From Octopus sinensis (lineage: Eukaryota), in contig NW_021834591.1 of NCBI RefSeq assembly GCF_006345805.1, forward strand, positions 1 through 53,489: DNA of 53,489 nucleotides, written 5' to 3'. Numbering within the stretch: position 1 is the stretch's first letter; each line of letters starts with the position of its first letter. Below, piece by piece: positions 24,240 through 37,908 of the stretch. Made by a program: the position numbers and the translations under genes. Below the pieces are notes generated by a model, which did not search any database, was not told where the DNA came from, and worked only from the letters and a program-made list of their open reading frames with translations.

Positions 24240-24870
24240 AGGGAAATTCTGCTCTGGGTTCCATGTGTTTGTGTCAATGCCCTTCTTCAATCTCCTGGTG
24301 CCCTCAAAGTCAACCCTACATGCAAATATCGAAGAAGACCCACTGACCACAGGTGTATAATCAAGCATCACATATAAAACCTACAGGAAACTACTGACAG
24401 TTGACACTGTGACAGGTACCATGGGATATTCCTAGGGTGCCCCTTGTATCTTTTCTTTATTAATGTGGCATGCGTTACAGGGTAATTCTGCTCTGGGTTC
24501 CATGTGTTTGTGTCAATGCCCTTCTTCAATCTCCTGGTGCCCTCAGAGTCAACCCTGCGTATATTCTCAAAGCAGGAGACTGACTGGTCAAGAGTATGTT
24601 GTCAAACCACATGATCGGAACCTACAGTGAGCCACTGACAATGGACAATGTAACTGGTACCAAGAGATTTCTTTGTATCTTTTCTTCAGAGCCATTCTGT
24701 CATGAAAACCAGTTGAGAGTCCACCATGCAACACCAATCTTGGACAAGCAATGACCCACCATCCTGGAAACAAGCCCTCCCCAGCAGAGCTGCAGCTTGC
24801 ATAGATTAGCCTCCATCCTCATGGCTTCAGCCTCTTTGAGGACTTCAGTGCTGGAAACAAAGTCATTCTA
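24240..24870 (-). mobile_element. RTE (BovB-like) LINE 3' relic with local duplication
   Basis: Decayed STEVLKEAE...QLCWGGLVSRM...KKRYKE; 24241-24320 duplicated at 24481-24557. Confidence 0.6.
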
Positions 24871-24873
24871 GTG

Positions 24874-25115
24874 CAGGGCCAGATTAAGACCCATAGGGAC
24901 CCAAAGCACTTAAGAGATTTTGAGGCTCACATGTATATGAAATTCAAAATACAAACAACAATAAACCATAAAATGAATTTTTATTTTTCAAAATGAAACA
25001 AAACTAAAATATTAAAATAGAAAATAAAGTCGTTGTTTTTTAGTATACTTTAAATTTATTTATATTTGAAAAGTTTTCTCCTTTTCTTCATTGCAAAGTT
25101 TTTGATCAGATCCTC
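24874..25115 (-). mobile_element. Possible hAT transposon 3' end
   Basis: CAGGGCCAGATTAAGACC terminus; minus strand DLIKNFAMKKRRK resembles the end of hAT dimerisation domains. Confidence 0.35.
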
Positions 25116-25342
25116 GCTTTGACACCATGAACCCATTGAAATTATTATCTCCAATCATATAAACCACTTTGAATATCATTTTAGTAAGTTTAAAGTGATT
25201 TCTTTTGTGCCATAAACCATTTACCATTTCTGTGGTGCCCCCTTTCCATTGACTTCCCCCACTTACATTTACCAAAGCTTCATCACAGAATCCATAATGG
25301 TAAGAAGTAAAAAAGTAAAGTTCAAGGTTATATCCAGAAGTT

Positions 25343-25566
25343 ACTCTTTTACTCTTTTACTTGTTTCAGTCATTTGACTGCAGCCATGCTGGAGCACCGC
25401 CTTTAGTCGAGCAACTCGACCCCGGGACTTATTCTTTGTAAGCTCAGTACTTATTCTATCAGTCTCTTTTGCCGAACCACTAAGTGACGGGGACATAAAT
25501 ACACCAGCATCGGTTGTCAAACAATGCTAGAGGGACAAACACAGACACAGACACACAAACATATAT

Positions 25567-25605
<39 letters not shown>

Positions 25606-25768
25606 CGACAGGCTTCTTTCAGTTTCTGTCTACCAAATCCACTCACAAGGCTTTGGTCGGCCTGAGGCTATAGCAGAAGACACTTGCCCAAGATGCCACG
25701 CAGTGGGACTGAACCCAGAACCATGTGGCTGGTTAGCAAGCTACTTACCACACAGCCACTCCTGCACC
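25343..25768 (-). mobile_element. SINE family A
   Basis: Reverse complement of the consensus. Confidence 0.9.
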
Positions 25769-26313
25769 TAGTTGTAAGAGTAGAGTTATATTCATTTATT
25801 CCTGTTATTGTAATAAATAGATCTTGCTGATGTTTGTCAATTGAATCTCTTCTCCATTTTCTTCCTTGCCTTAGAAATTCTGGCCATTCAGTTTCCTCGT
25901 ATGTCTCCACAGTCATGTTTTTGTTCCCATCTTTGACCCCCACATAAATCCCAAAATTTTATTTCAGAATTTATGGGAGCAACTGTCTTTGAAGTCTCAT
26001 ATTGTCGTTGAATGCTCGAAATGAGGTGTAGACAGACAGCCAACAACTGATGAAGGGTCCTTACCCTGTGTTTACTTGTCCTGTTTTCCATTTTTTTTCT
26101 CGTTGTTTACGTATTCAACTTGTTTGTTTATGTATTTCATGTTATTGTACTGTTGGTGACATCCTGTACCCATATATGCATGTATATATATTATTCATTT
26201 TATATATACACACACATATATATATATATATATAATTGCAGCGTGGAAGGTGTTTGTAAGCTATTTAAGAAACAGACAAAAGCCGTTCGATTCATTTCAA
26301 CATTTAAGTTTAA

Positions 26314-26363
26314 TTTGTCAAAATATTTTCGTCGCTAAAATCCGCGACCTGTTCACTGACAAA
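26314..26363 (-). ncRNA. Hammerhead motif, G3-C8 variant
   Basis: TTTGTCA-GTGAACA-G-GTCGC(GGATTTTA)GCGAC-GAAA-ATAT-TT-TGACAAA; 7-bp stem I. Confidence 0.6.
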
Positions 26364-26469
26364 AATCCATATAGTTAATCCAAACAAGAAAACACAAAAA
26401 AACACAACAACGCAAGGACGTGGAAGAAATATAGTATTATTGGACGCTCAGGAAAGAAGGGAAGAAGGG

Positions 26470-26506
26470 GGGTGTAACGTTTCGAGCGGAGCTCTTCGTC
26501 GGAAAC
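26470..26506 (-). ncRNA. Degenerate minimal hammerhead motif
   Basis: CCGACGA-A-GAGC(TCC)GCTC-GAAACGTTA; U4->C, weak stem I; related degenerate motif at ~37265-37305 (-). Confidence 0.45.
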
Positions 26507-26629
26507 ATAGGAGAAGGAAAGATCCAGAGAAGAGAAGACAGAGGGAAAAAAATCGCCAACGTAACACACGAGGTCATACGTATATACACACATAAATATG
26601 CATACAGGCATATATATATATATGCATAC

Positions 26630-26675
<46 letters not shown>

Positions 26676-27464
26676 AAGGGTAAAATTAATTAATTAATTA
26701 ATTAATAATTAATAATTCTACTGAGTAGTTCGGTATGTTAAAATAAGCATTTTCAGGTAAAATTATACAAATATTCTGAAGTGTGTTACTGTCTGGTAGA
26801 TCTTTTTAGTAGCAGAAAAGGCATTTTAACTCCTATTTCTAAATTCAGTGTGTCGTGAAGCAATTAACTGACCCCTAATTATGATTATCTTCATAATTAT
26901 AAAATATTTGTATATATATATATATGTATATATATATGTACATTTACATATATATATATACACACACACTTACATATACATACATACAAATATATATATG
27001 TATATAATAATAATAATAATATAATAAACCTTTACATAAATAAATAACGTGATATATACATACATATATGTGTGTGTGTGTGTGTGTGTATATATATGTA
27101 TGTACACACACACACACACAAGCTATTTGAGAACAATACTTTTAAGAGGCATAAGTGGCCCAAACTTTAAACTGGACATCTTCTCATATTTCAGCCCCAA
27201 CATGTGTCAACGCTTTGATTCTAACACAGCCGAGGAAAAGGCATATTGCTCCTACCACTTCAGCTCCCAACCACAAAAGATTCTGAGATTGCGAAATGTC
27301 AATAGGTCCTTTGTATTTAAGATTAGAGAAATAAAACAAGAAAACAAGCTCGAGGGCCTCTGGAGACAATGTGTCTTCCTTGGCAAAAGCATTTACAATC
27401 GGACATTGTCAGGAAAGTCATCTGTTTTTGTGTTTGTGTGTCTCAGTTTGCCAATTTTGTGAGA

Positions 27465-27810
27465 GGGGTCTAGTCGATTACATCGGCCCCAGTGTTTCTC
27501 TAATACTTAATTTATAGACCCCGAAAAGATGGAAGGCAAAGTCGACATCGGCGGAATTTGAACTCAGAACATAGGAACAGATGAAATACCTATTTCTTTA
27601 CTACCCACAAGGGGCTAAACACAGAGGAGACAAACAAGGACAGACAGATGGATTAAGTCGATTATATTGACACCAGTGCGTAACTGGTACTTAATTTATC
27701 GACCCCGAAAGGATGAAAGGCAAAGTCAACGATGGCAGAATTTGAACTCAGAACATACCGACAGACGAAATACCTCTAAGCATTTCACCTGGTGTGCTAA
27801 CAATTTTGAC
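27465..27810 (-). mobile_element. SINE family D, tandem/nested pair
   Basis: Two successive GACCCCGAAA..ATG.AAGGCAAAGTC...TTTGAACTCAGAAC blocks. Confidence 0.8.
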
Positions 27811-27827
27811 ATCTCGAAATCCTAACA

Positions 27828-27839
27828 ACAATGATAATA

Positions 27840-27883
<44 letters not shown>

Positions 27884-27924
27884 TGATGATGATAGATGAG
27901 GTGATGATGATGATAATAATAATA

Positions 27925-27955
<31 letters not shown>

Positions 27956-28042
27956 TTAATAATAATAATAATAGTAATAATAATAATAATGATAATAATA
28001 ATAATAAGAATAATATAATGATGAATGATGATGATGATGAGA

Positions 28043-28075
<33 letters not shown>

Positions 28076-28793
28076 TGATGATGATGATGATAATAATAAT
28101 AATAATGATGATGATGATGATGATGATGAGATGATGATGATGATGATGATGATATAATAATAATAATAATAAATGCCCTGATGCAGTACCAGGCAGTGGC
28201 TCTCATGGCTTCTGATCTTAACTGATTGGAAGTGTTATCATGTACATTGTTTTGTCTTGGTATAAAAGAGGGCTACAGCAATATTTCTGCTCAATACCAC
28301 AGATTTGCTTGTCAGTTGTTTGACCTTAACCAGTTGAGCATGTCCCTTAGTGGCTGACGATATGTGCATCTCTGATCACGAGCAGAATATTGGGGGAGCA
28401 TCATAGCCATGTGTTGAGAGGGATTCTTTGGGGTTTGAATAGTTCACCTCTGGAAACATGGGTGGTTCTTTCAACATCCTTAACACAACCCTTTTCAGGG
28501 ACCGTTTGAGCAGAATGGCTACTCAAAATGAAGAAAATTCTAACTGGGCTCCCTACCTGCAAGGCCATGTGCTGTTTATCTTGATATGAGATCACCATGT
28601 CGCGCACATATGGTTGTGATGCATGTGCCTAGTGTAACCCTTATCAACGGGTAGTCATGATGGGTATATTGGCTTCATAATTTTACCCCAGTGTCACTTT
28701 GATGGCATGAACTGCTCTCTCACTCAATAATAATATAATGATGATGATGATGATGATAATAATAATAATAATAATATAATAATGATAATAATG

Positions 28794-28841
<48 letters not shown>

Positions 28842-29096
28842 CCTTTCTACTATAGGCACAAGGCCTGAAATTTTGGAGGAGGAGCCCACTCGATTAGATG
28901 GAACCCCAGTACGCAACTGGTACTTCATTTATTGATTCCCAAAAGGATGAAAGGCAAAGTCGACCTCACTGGAATGTGAACTCAGAATGTAAAGACAGAT
29001 GAAATATAATAATAATAATAATAATGATAATAATGATAATAATAATAATAATAATAATAATAGTAATAGAATAGTAATAGTAATAATATAATAATG

Positions 29097-29132
<36 letters not shown>

Positions 29133-29438
29133 TATAGCAATAATAAATCTCTGAACGAGATGTAAACAATAACTGCTCGACAATGTAAAGTATACTAGCC
29201 ATCTCAATATGGCTAACCACTAAGGGTGGGTGTTACTGTAGCTTTTATCCCCAGGAGATCTCCTGGGGCTACAAGCTACAGTAACACCCACCTTAGTGGG
29301 TTAGCCATATTGAGATGGCTAGTATACTTTACGTTAATAATAATAAATATTATAATAATAATAATAATAATAATTATAATAATAATATAATTTATTATTA
29401 TTATTATTATTATATAATATAATAATAATAATAATATT

Positions 29439-29475
<37 letters not shown>

Positions 29476-29498
29476 AATAATAATAATAATAATAATAA
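27828..29498. repeat. (TAA)n/(TGA)n field with embedded interspersed repeats
   Basis: Trinucleotide tracts surrounding an unclassified ~560-bp insert (28171-28725), a SINE D piece (28840-29003) and a palindrome (29185-29332). Confidence 0.8.
29185..29332. repeat. Spacerless ~148-bp palindrome
   Basis: GTAAAGTATACTAGCCATCTCAATATGGCTAACC...CCAGGAGATCTCCTGG...GGTTAGCCATATTGAGATGGCTAGTATACTTTAC. Confidence 0.9.
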
Positions 29499-30499
29499 GG
29501 GAAGAATGCGGCTGGACGTGACAGAGGATGGACGTATTTTTACGATGCTCTGAACTGGCAACAGCGAACCCAGCAGGTCCAACTGTAGAAAAACTGGAAG
29601 ATCTACTGTTTTCTGTAAGTATTTGAATTACCCTCAAAATAAGTAAAAAAAAAAACTTACATATCTACAGCTCATACAAACGTACACCTAACAAGAAAAA
29701 TTAGAAACATAAATATCTCCAATTCTGTGTGAACATTTACATTTAGTCGTCTCTCATGACTATAAGAATGTGTAAATTGCCTTTTAAATTACCTTTTATT
29801 GTAACAACACAATAAATGCACGATAAAAAGTTATGGAATTAAGCACCTACTACTATATACATACAACACTGAATTCAGAAATTTAAAAATATATACATAA
29901 CATTGAACTCAGAAGTTATTTAAAAAAAGAAAAAAAAAAAATCTTCCACGAAAACATCAGATATGTGTGAGTGAATATACATATATATACATATACATAT
30001 GCATGTGGTGAAGAAGAGAGAAGAACGGGAAAAAAAAATAAATAAATAAATAAACGTAAACAGGTTTGACCTTTTACTGCCATTGTCTTCCACCATCTAC
30101 CGTGGCTATTTAGACCCAAAGAACATGAATTCTTTAACCACCCATTCTCCAACACAATGGAGTGTGATGGTGGCTGTGGCTACACATTGAGATGATGATG
30201 GTGATGGTGATGTTGCTGATGATGGTGATGGTGGGGAAGATATAGTAAATACAATAATAACTGACAAATCCCGTCTTTTTCCTTTCTTTCGTTCCTTCTC
30301 TGTATTTTATTCTCATTATTTCGAACTAATACAGACACAGTAAGCCTTGAAGAAAGGAAGAGGAGGAAAGGAGGAAAAAAAAAATGTCCGGAGATAAAAC
30401 TATCAACAAAAAAAAATACAGACGAATATAGATCTGTAGTCTTAAGAAGCGGCGCTATGAGCAATGCTTACATGAGTGAACCCTAAACTGACAGATCCA

Positions 30500-33400
30500 T
30501 CTCCTAATATAAGAATGGATGCTCGTCATGCTTCAAGGTCAACAAATCAAACAATAAACCGCATTGGTCATTGCGCGGATTACAAAAGACCACGTAACCG
30601 AAATTGAACCAAATCCTGATTGAAAAATCAGTTACTGGATCAAATCTTCCCAACACACAGGAGCTGGACGAACCCCACAACCGGAATATTCCAACAGATG
30701 GCCATCCATGCTCATCACCAATAATCAAAAGAAAAGAAGGAAAAGGTCTAGGGAAGATAATAAAGAAGTTCTCGAGGCCTTCTACCATGCCATATATTTC
30801 CCCACAGATAAGTCTAGCACTGTACAAGCATACTTAAACTGGGAGACAGAAACACCCTGAAGTAAGACCCTACATAGACAGAACAAGCTTGCCAATGTTA
30901 GAAGAAACATTATAAAAAAGAAATTACTGACTGAAGTAGAGATTGATCAGGTTAGACAAGCATATCGGATAAAATGAACGAGCTGCAGCTAGAGAAGATA
31001 ATACAGAGGAAATGATTATAGACCAGCCCAGGGCGATAAAAAAACGAAGAGAGGATTGAAAGAGTTAGTATAAGTGATAGGCAAAGTGAAATACACCCCT
31101 GAACCAATCATAAACACTAAGACAGATGAGCATCAAATAGATAAAGAAAGTCACACAAATATTGACCACAGAACTACATGAGCTAAAAAATCAAATCATG
31201 ATTGAATGGCTGAAAATTAAGAAACCAGCATGGATGAGCGTGATACACTTCCTAAAATCCGCAACTCTAACCAAAACATGAAAATAATTGGTAAAATCCG
31301 GCTTGCACTTAAGGATATAATTTCAGTTAATGATGTTGATATCACAAACCTCAACCACCTATACTATGCATCCGCGAAAATCTCAACGATCCTATGTGGT
31401 GTAAAGATTAGAAAACGGCAACAGTCCCACAAAAAGCCTTCTTGGCAAGAGCGTCTGCAACAACAAATTAAAGTATTTAGATCTGACATTGAATATTGAA
31501 AAACCTTAAGGCTCACAAGACTACCAAACCTACAAAAACCCAAATTACTGAAAAAATACAATATGAAAACTATACTTGATATTGATGCCACCATAGAAAC
31601 CATCAAACAAAAGGTATCTGCCAAAGCTACCCGCATAGCGAGTATGAAAAGCGTGTTAGATTTTTCAAGGACAACAACATGTTCAAAAATAACACCAAGA
31701 ATTTTTACAGGAAGATAGGAAAAACAGCGTTTACTGCAGGGTCTGTACCATCAAAGAAGAAGTGCAGAGATTTTGGAATAAAATCTGGGCAAAGAAAAAC
31801 ACACAACGAAAAGGCCCCCTGGATTGACAGAATATCTACAGAACTGGACCCCTTAGAAGAGCAAAAGTGGGAGGTGTCAAGGTAGAAGATATAAGATCTG
31901 CTCTCAGGAGGTCAAGCAAATGGAAGTCTCCAGGAAAGGATAAAATTCCTAACTTCTGGCTGAATGCCTTCCCAGAGAGCCATGAACTGCTAACAGAACT
32001 GTACAATGATGTTCTGCAACACCCTAGTAGGATGCCTCCTTGGCTAGTTAATGGGTTAAACATTCCTGCTTCCAAAAAGTGAAGAAACAAATGAACCAAA
32101 AAACTATAGACCCATAACCTGCTTAACAACTATGTACAAAACTCTAACATCTGTCCTGACGGAATATACCTATAGTTTTTTAACAGACAGCAGCATATTC
32201 CCTAATGAACAGAAAGGATGTAAACGTGGATCCTACGGCTGTAAAGACCACTACTCATCAATAAGATGATCTAGAAGATTGTCACAACGACACAAAAACT
32301 TATCATATAGCCTGGATAGACTATAAAAAGGCTTTTGATAGCCTACCACATAGCTGGATTAGGAAATGCCTTGAAATGTATAAGATAGCACCAACTCTGC
32401 GAAACTTCTTGACTGTAAGTATGAGATCATGGAGAACCACACTACTCTGAACAGTGACAGTGAATCCCTAAATGCTGGTGATGTAAAAATTTCGTGTGGC
32501 ATTTTCCAGGGGACTCACTGTCACCACTCCTCTTTTGTTTATCCTTAATACCTCTCTCAAAGCTGCTCAATGACGCGCAGTACGGGTATAAAATGTTTGA
32601 TAAAATATAAATCATCTCGTTTACATGGATGATTTACAGCTTTTTGCAAAAAATGATCAACACTCAAGGGCTTACTAGCGATAGTCAACAATTCAGTGAC
32701 GACATCAGAATGCAATTCGGCCTTGATAAATGTGCAAAGGCTACCTTTATCAAAGGAAAAATGACAGAAACATCTAACGTTAACCTTGACAACAGAATGT
32801 CATAAAAGAACTAGACCCAGCGGAGAGCTACAAGTACCTAGGGGTAATTGAAGGGAACGGAATAAGGCATTCAGAGATGAAGGAAAGGATCAGAGAGAAT
32901 GCTATCGAAGAGTGAGAGCAATACTCAAGACAGAGCTGAATGCAAGAAACAGGATTGAAGCAATCAATGCATTAGCTATACCAGTCGTGACTTACAGTTT
33001 CAATATTGTTAACTGGTCAATTACTGAAATATGTCAGCTCGACAGAAAAATAAGGAAACTGTTGACAATGCATAGAATGCACCACCCTAAGGCAGATACA
33101 GAACGACTCTATCTGCCAAAAAAGAGGGAGGCCGTGGTCTTTTGCAACTGGCAATAACAATGAGATTGCTACAATTGGCCTAGACACCTACCTGAAAACT
33201 CTGAGGACTGGATGTTAAAACTTGTCTCAAAACATGAAAACAAGAAAGCATCATACTCAGTCACAAAACAGGCAAAGGAATATCTAAGTGAATTCCGAAT
33301 ACAACCAATTTCGGAATTAGAGATAGACATACAAGAAACAAGCACAGAAAAAGCTAGGCGCATGAAAACCCGTGCCAAAACTGCGGCTTAGATATTCTGA

Positions 33401-34410
33401 ATAATAAATGGCAAGAAAAACCTCTCTACGGCAAATAACCCAAAGAGAGCGAATAATGCAGATATCGACAAAGCCCTGACCCATCAATGGCTAATGGCCT
33501 CTGGCTTAAAATCTGAAACAGAGGGTTTATCATAGCAGCTCAAGATCAATGCCTACCAACAAGAAACTACCAGGCCAACATATTAAAGATCAGAAGCAGT
33601 CCAACGTGTCGTGTATGCAAGCAACAAATGAAACCATTGACCATGTGGTCTTCAAGTGCAGTCTTCTAGTGCCTACAGAGTATCTCACAGGCACGATAGA
33701 GCTGCACAATATATTCACTGGGTAATCTGTAAAAACCTGGATTTGCCCCATGAAAAAAACTGGTGGGAACACAAACCACCCCCAGTGCTTGAAAATGACC
33801 ACAATCTCACTCCTCTGGAACTTCACCATTCAAACTGACAGGAAGATAGATGCAAATAGGCAGACATCATATTGAAAGACTTCAAACAAAGAACATGCCT
33901 CCTCATTGATATGACTGTCCCAATCGATATAAACGTATCTGTCAAGACCTACCAAAAACTGAGCAAATATAAAGATCTTGAAATAGAAATCAGCAAATGT
34001 GGAAGCTGAAGACTAAACAATACCTGTTGTCATAGGTGCCCTGGAATGATAGCAAAAGGGGCTGATAGCTACCTAACTGAGATACCAGGAAACCCAAAAA
34101 TGGCAGAAGTTCAAAAGATAGTGCTCATGGAACTGCTCTATCCTCCTACGCAAAATACTCTCTATGTAACCTCAAGGTTTAAAACAATCATAATTTTCGG
34201 TTTAAAAAAAAAAAAAAAAAAAAAAAAACTTTTTTTTTTTTTTTAGACACTCATTAGTACAACATCCCCACCCCCCAAATATATGGCACACTAGGCATAA
34301 CAACATGAACTTCCAACCCTGTTGTCTCTTGAGGTCTCTGGGTGAGACTTGGAGCCAACTTGTACAAATATAAAAGCAAAAGTTCAACATAGAATAATAA
34401 TAATAATAAT
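30500..34410 (+). mobile_element. Near full-length R4/Dong-clade non-LTR retrotransposon (frameshifted)
   Basis: N-terminal Myb-like SREDNKEVLEAFY..KLANVRRNII; RT motifs KSPGKDKI, NYRPITCL, WIDYKKAFDSLPH, GIFQG.SLSPLLF, YMDD at 32622; LKSETEGFIIAAQDQ, CRVC knuckle, RHD, endonuclease IDMTVP..KLSKYKDL; (TAA)n tail from 34393. 5' boundary approximate. Confidence 0.92.
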
Positions 34411-34562
34411 AATGATTAATAATAATAATGATAATTAATAATTAAATAATAATAATAAAGTAGTAGTAGTAGTAGTAGTGATAATCTAAAAAAAAACAAC
34501 ACAGAGAGGAGGTGCCCCACCCCACCTCATCCACCCATCTACCTGTTCAAAGTCTGCTTGGA

Positions 34563-34576
34563 TCTCCAGGTGGCGC
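34563..34576 (+). promoter_or_regulatory. Candidate CTCF site
   Basis: TCTCCAGGTGGCGC, 12/14 to the core CCACCAGGTGGCGC, in non-repeat sequence. Confidence 0.35.
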
Positions 34577-34984
34577 TGTTTCAAAATCACTTAAGTCCAT
34601 TTGGCAGCTATTGTTGTTGTTGTTGTTGCTGTTGTTGTTGTTGTGGTGGTGGTGGTGGTTGTTGTTGTTGCAGCTGCTGCTACCGCTGCTGCTGTTGCTC
34701 TTCTTGATTTTGTTATTGCTGCTGTTGTTTAACCCTTGGTTCGTGTCCATTTGAGCCAACCTATAATCAAAGACATTCCACGCATGGACTTTCTCCAGTC
34801 TTTCTTTTCTCTTGCACAGCCCACCTAGGACTACATTTTCCAAAATGTCTCCTACTATAGCCCCAGCCCTTCCAAAGCCTTGTCAGCGGGTTTTATTGAT
34901 GGAATCTGAAAGAAGCCCATCATGTGTACACACACACACACATACAGAGTGTTAGGGGTATTCAAGGACACTCAGCTAGCAGCA

Positions 34985-35460
34985 TGTTCATCATCATCAT
35001 TGTTCGACCGTAGTCGAGACAATGGAATTTACCATGCTACGCCAGACTTCACGGTCCATCATGGCATTACGGAGGTCCTGTTGCTTGATGCCTGTATCCC
35101 TGGAGATTACATCAGGTAGGAGAGTGTGCACCCTCTGGTATTGCTAGTAGATGGCTTCCAGAGGAGGAGTAGAAATTACCTCTTTTTCAGCTCTACAACA
35201 TGTCCAGCAAACTGGACTCTCCTACCTTTCACAAGAGATGACACAGGTGGTAGTTTCCCATATATTTGCATTTTGGTTGGATGGCGCCTCCACGAGAGAT
35301 TTTGAGCTCTCATAAGGAGGCGAGTGTAGGTTCCTGTTGCTGGATGCCTGTATCCCTGGAGATTACATCAGGGTAGGAGAGTGTGCGCCCTCTGGCACTG
35401 CGAGTAGATGGCTTCCAGAGGAGAAGAGTAGAAATTACCTCTTTTTCAGCTCTACAACAA
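34985..35460 (-). mobile_element. RTE-type LINE 3' end with internal duplication
   Basis: RVQFAGH..AEKEVIST..LWKPS..NAMMDREVWRSMV, (TGA)n tail; ~35085-35200 duplicated at ~35335-35458. Confidence 0.7.
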
Positions 35461-35644
35461 TGTAGAGCATGTTATTATCTTCAAACCAATTAAAAGGCTT
35501 TTATTTCTTCCTGATCCCTTAAGGGCAAAATAAAAGGCTAACACACGAAATGAAAAGCCATACATTGTTGCCATTTTTGTGGAATTTTAGCATTTTAGAA
35601 ATTGCTAACTTTCTAAATGCTGCAAGATCTTTTCTTTGGATGGA

Positions 35645-36600
35645 ATTTGAGTGTGTGTGTATGTATGTGTGTGTCTGTATGTGTCTGTGGACGTTTTGTT
35701 TGTTTGTGTGTGTGTGTGCATGTGCGTGTATGTTCGCGTGTGTGTGTGTGTGGTTTGTGCATGTGTGTTTGTGTGTCTGTGTCTGTGTATGTTTGTTTGA
35801 GTGTGTGTATATGTGTGTATTTGTTAGTGAGTGTGTATGTGTCTGTGTGTGCATGTGTGTTTGTGTGTCTGTGTATGTTTGTTTGAGTGTGTGTGTGTAT
35901 GTGTGTATTTGTTAGTGAGTGTGTATGTGCTTGATTGAGTGTGTGTATATGTGTCTGTGTGTGCATGTGTGTTTGTGTAGCCGTGTCGGTATGTGTTTGA
36001 GTGTGTGTGTGTGTGTATGTGTGTGTGTTTGCATGTGTGTTTGTGTGTGTGTGTCTGTATGTGTGTGTGTATGTGTCTGTGGACGTGTTTGTTTGTTTGT
36101 GTGTGTATGTGTGTTTGTTTGTGTGGTGTGTGTGTTTGTGCATGTGTGTTTGTGTGTCTGTGTCTGTGTATGTTTGTTTGAGTGTGTGTGTGTATGTGTG
36201 TATTTGTTAGTGAGTGTGTATGTGCTTGATTGAGTGTGTGTGTGTATATGTGTCTGTGTGTGCATGTGTGTTTGTGTGTCTGTGTCTGTGTATGTTTGTT
36301 TGAGTGTGTGTGTGTATGTGTGTATTTGTTAGTGAGTGTGTATGTGCTTGATTGAGTGTGTGTGTGTATATGTGTCTGTGTGTGCATGTGTGTTTTGTGT
36401 CTGTGTCTGTGTATGTTTGTTTGAGTGTGTGTGTGTATGTGTGTATTTGTTAGTGAGTGTGTATGTGCTTGATTGAGTGTGTGTGTGTATATGTGTCTGT
36501 GTGTGCATGTGTGTTTGTGTATTCATGTCGGTATGTGTTTGAGTGTGTGTTTGTCTGTATGTGCATGTGTGTGTGTGTGTCTCTGTGTATGTGTGTGCAC
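35645..36600. repeat. (TG)-derived minisatellite with ~121-bp higher-order unit
   Basis: GTATTTGTTAGTGAGTGTGTATGTGCTTGATTGAGT recurs near 35905, 36200, 36322, 36443. Confidence 0.85.
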
Positions 36601-36758
36601 ATGCGTCTGTATGCTTGATCTCATTGCATGTAAACAGACTCGGCTTGCCTAATCCTTGACATAGTTCCTTTCATGTTTTTCGTTAACTGATCCAATTATC
36701 TCATTCTTTCACTGCTTATCACCATTAAATGTCATTTATCTTCATAAGTGCCACCATG

Positions 36759-36800
<42 letters not shown>

Positions 36801-37380
36801 CATCTGCATGTATTCACATATGTGTGTGTTGTGTGTGTGTATGGCTCTCCATGTATGTGTGTATCACTCTGTGTTTGTGTTTGTCCCCCCCCCCACCGCC
36901 ACTACCACTTGACACTGAGTGTTGGTTTGTTTATGTCCCTGTAACTTAGCAGTTTCACAAATGATAAAAACAAGTGTTGGGGATCAATTTCTTCATCTAA
37001 AACACTTCAAGGCAGCACACCATTATGGCCATATTCCATATATATATATATATATATTATATATAATATATATATATATATATTATTATATACATATATA
37101 TATGCATGTGATGTTGTGTGTGTGTGTGTGTAGTATGTATATATATATATATATTATATATATATAATATATATAGATAGGGAGAATTCAGAAAAAAATA
37201 GAAAACAAAGACGAGTGGTGTAGAAAACAAACAGATGTATTAGTATAACACTTGGGAAGTGAAAAAGTTTTTAACATTTCGAGCCTACGCTCTTCCACCG
37301 AAAGGAACACAGAAAGAGACAAGAAGAGAAAATAAAGAATGTGTAGTGGCTAGCAATCTATCATGCCGAATATATATATA

Positions 37381-37908
37381 CAGGGTGTCCCAAAAATATG
37401 TATACACTTGCTGCAACAGTCTGTCATGCCAAGCATTAGAGAGGACTTTGAACAGGAAGAGTTTTATTTCCAGCAAGATGAGGCATCTCCACACTACCAT
37501 CGCGAGGTTAGATCCTTTCTTGATGGGATCTTGCCAAACAGGTGGATTGGACAGAGAGGTTTTGTCGAATACCCTCCACGTTCACCAGACCTCACACCAC
37601 TAGACTTCTTTTTAGGGATACCTAAAGGACAAAGTCTACGCACAGAAACCTGCAACAGTCGTTCAATTGAGAGCAACCATTGAACATGAATGTACGAATA
37701 TCCCAAGGGAATTGTTCCATGATGTGTGCCATTCCATCGCTTCGCGTTGTCAGCAGTGTCTGGAGCAGAACTGACATCAGTTTGAGAACATGCAATAACA
37801 AGACAATAGAATGATATTTGTAAATTTTTTACATGTTAAAATTATTCGAATTATAATAAACCCCAAATTTACAATTATTTAAGGTGTGTATACATTTTTT
37901 TGGACACC

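Noticed and set aside
25668-25943. 91-aa ORF
   Set aside because: C-terminal third is SINE A; no recognisable domain or splice sites.
29499-29620. Plus-strand exon ending at TCT|GTAAGT, or an HDV-like ribozyme
   Set aside because: Stops in all three frames, no acceptor, and no HDV fold could be built by eye.
34547-34843. 98-aa Asn/His-rich ORF as a gene exon
   Set aside because: Its 5' part is a diverged SINE A and the middle is trinucleotide repeat; no partner exons.
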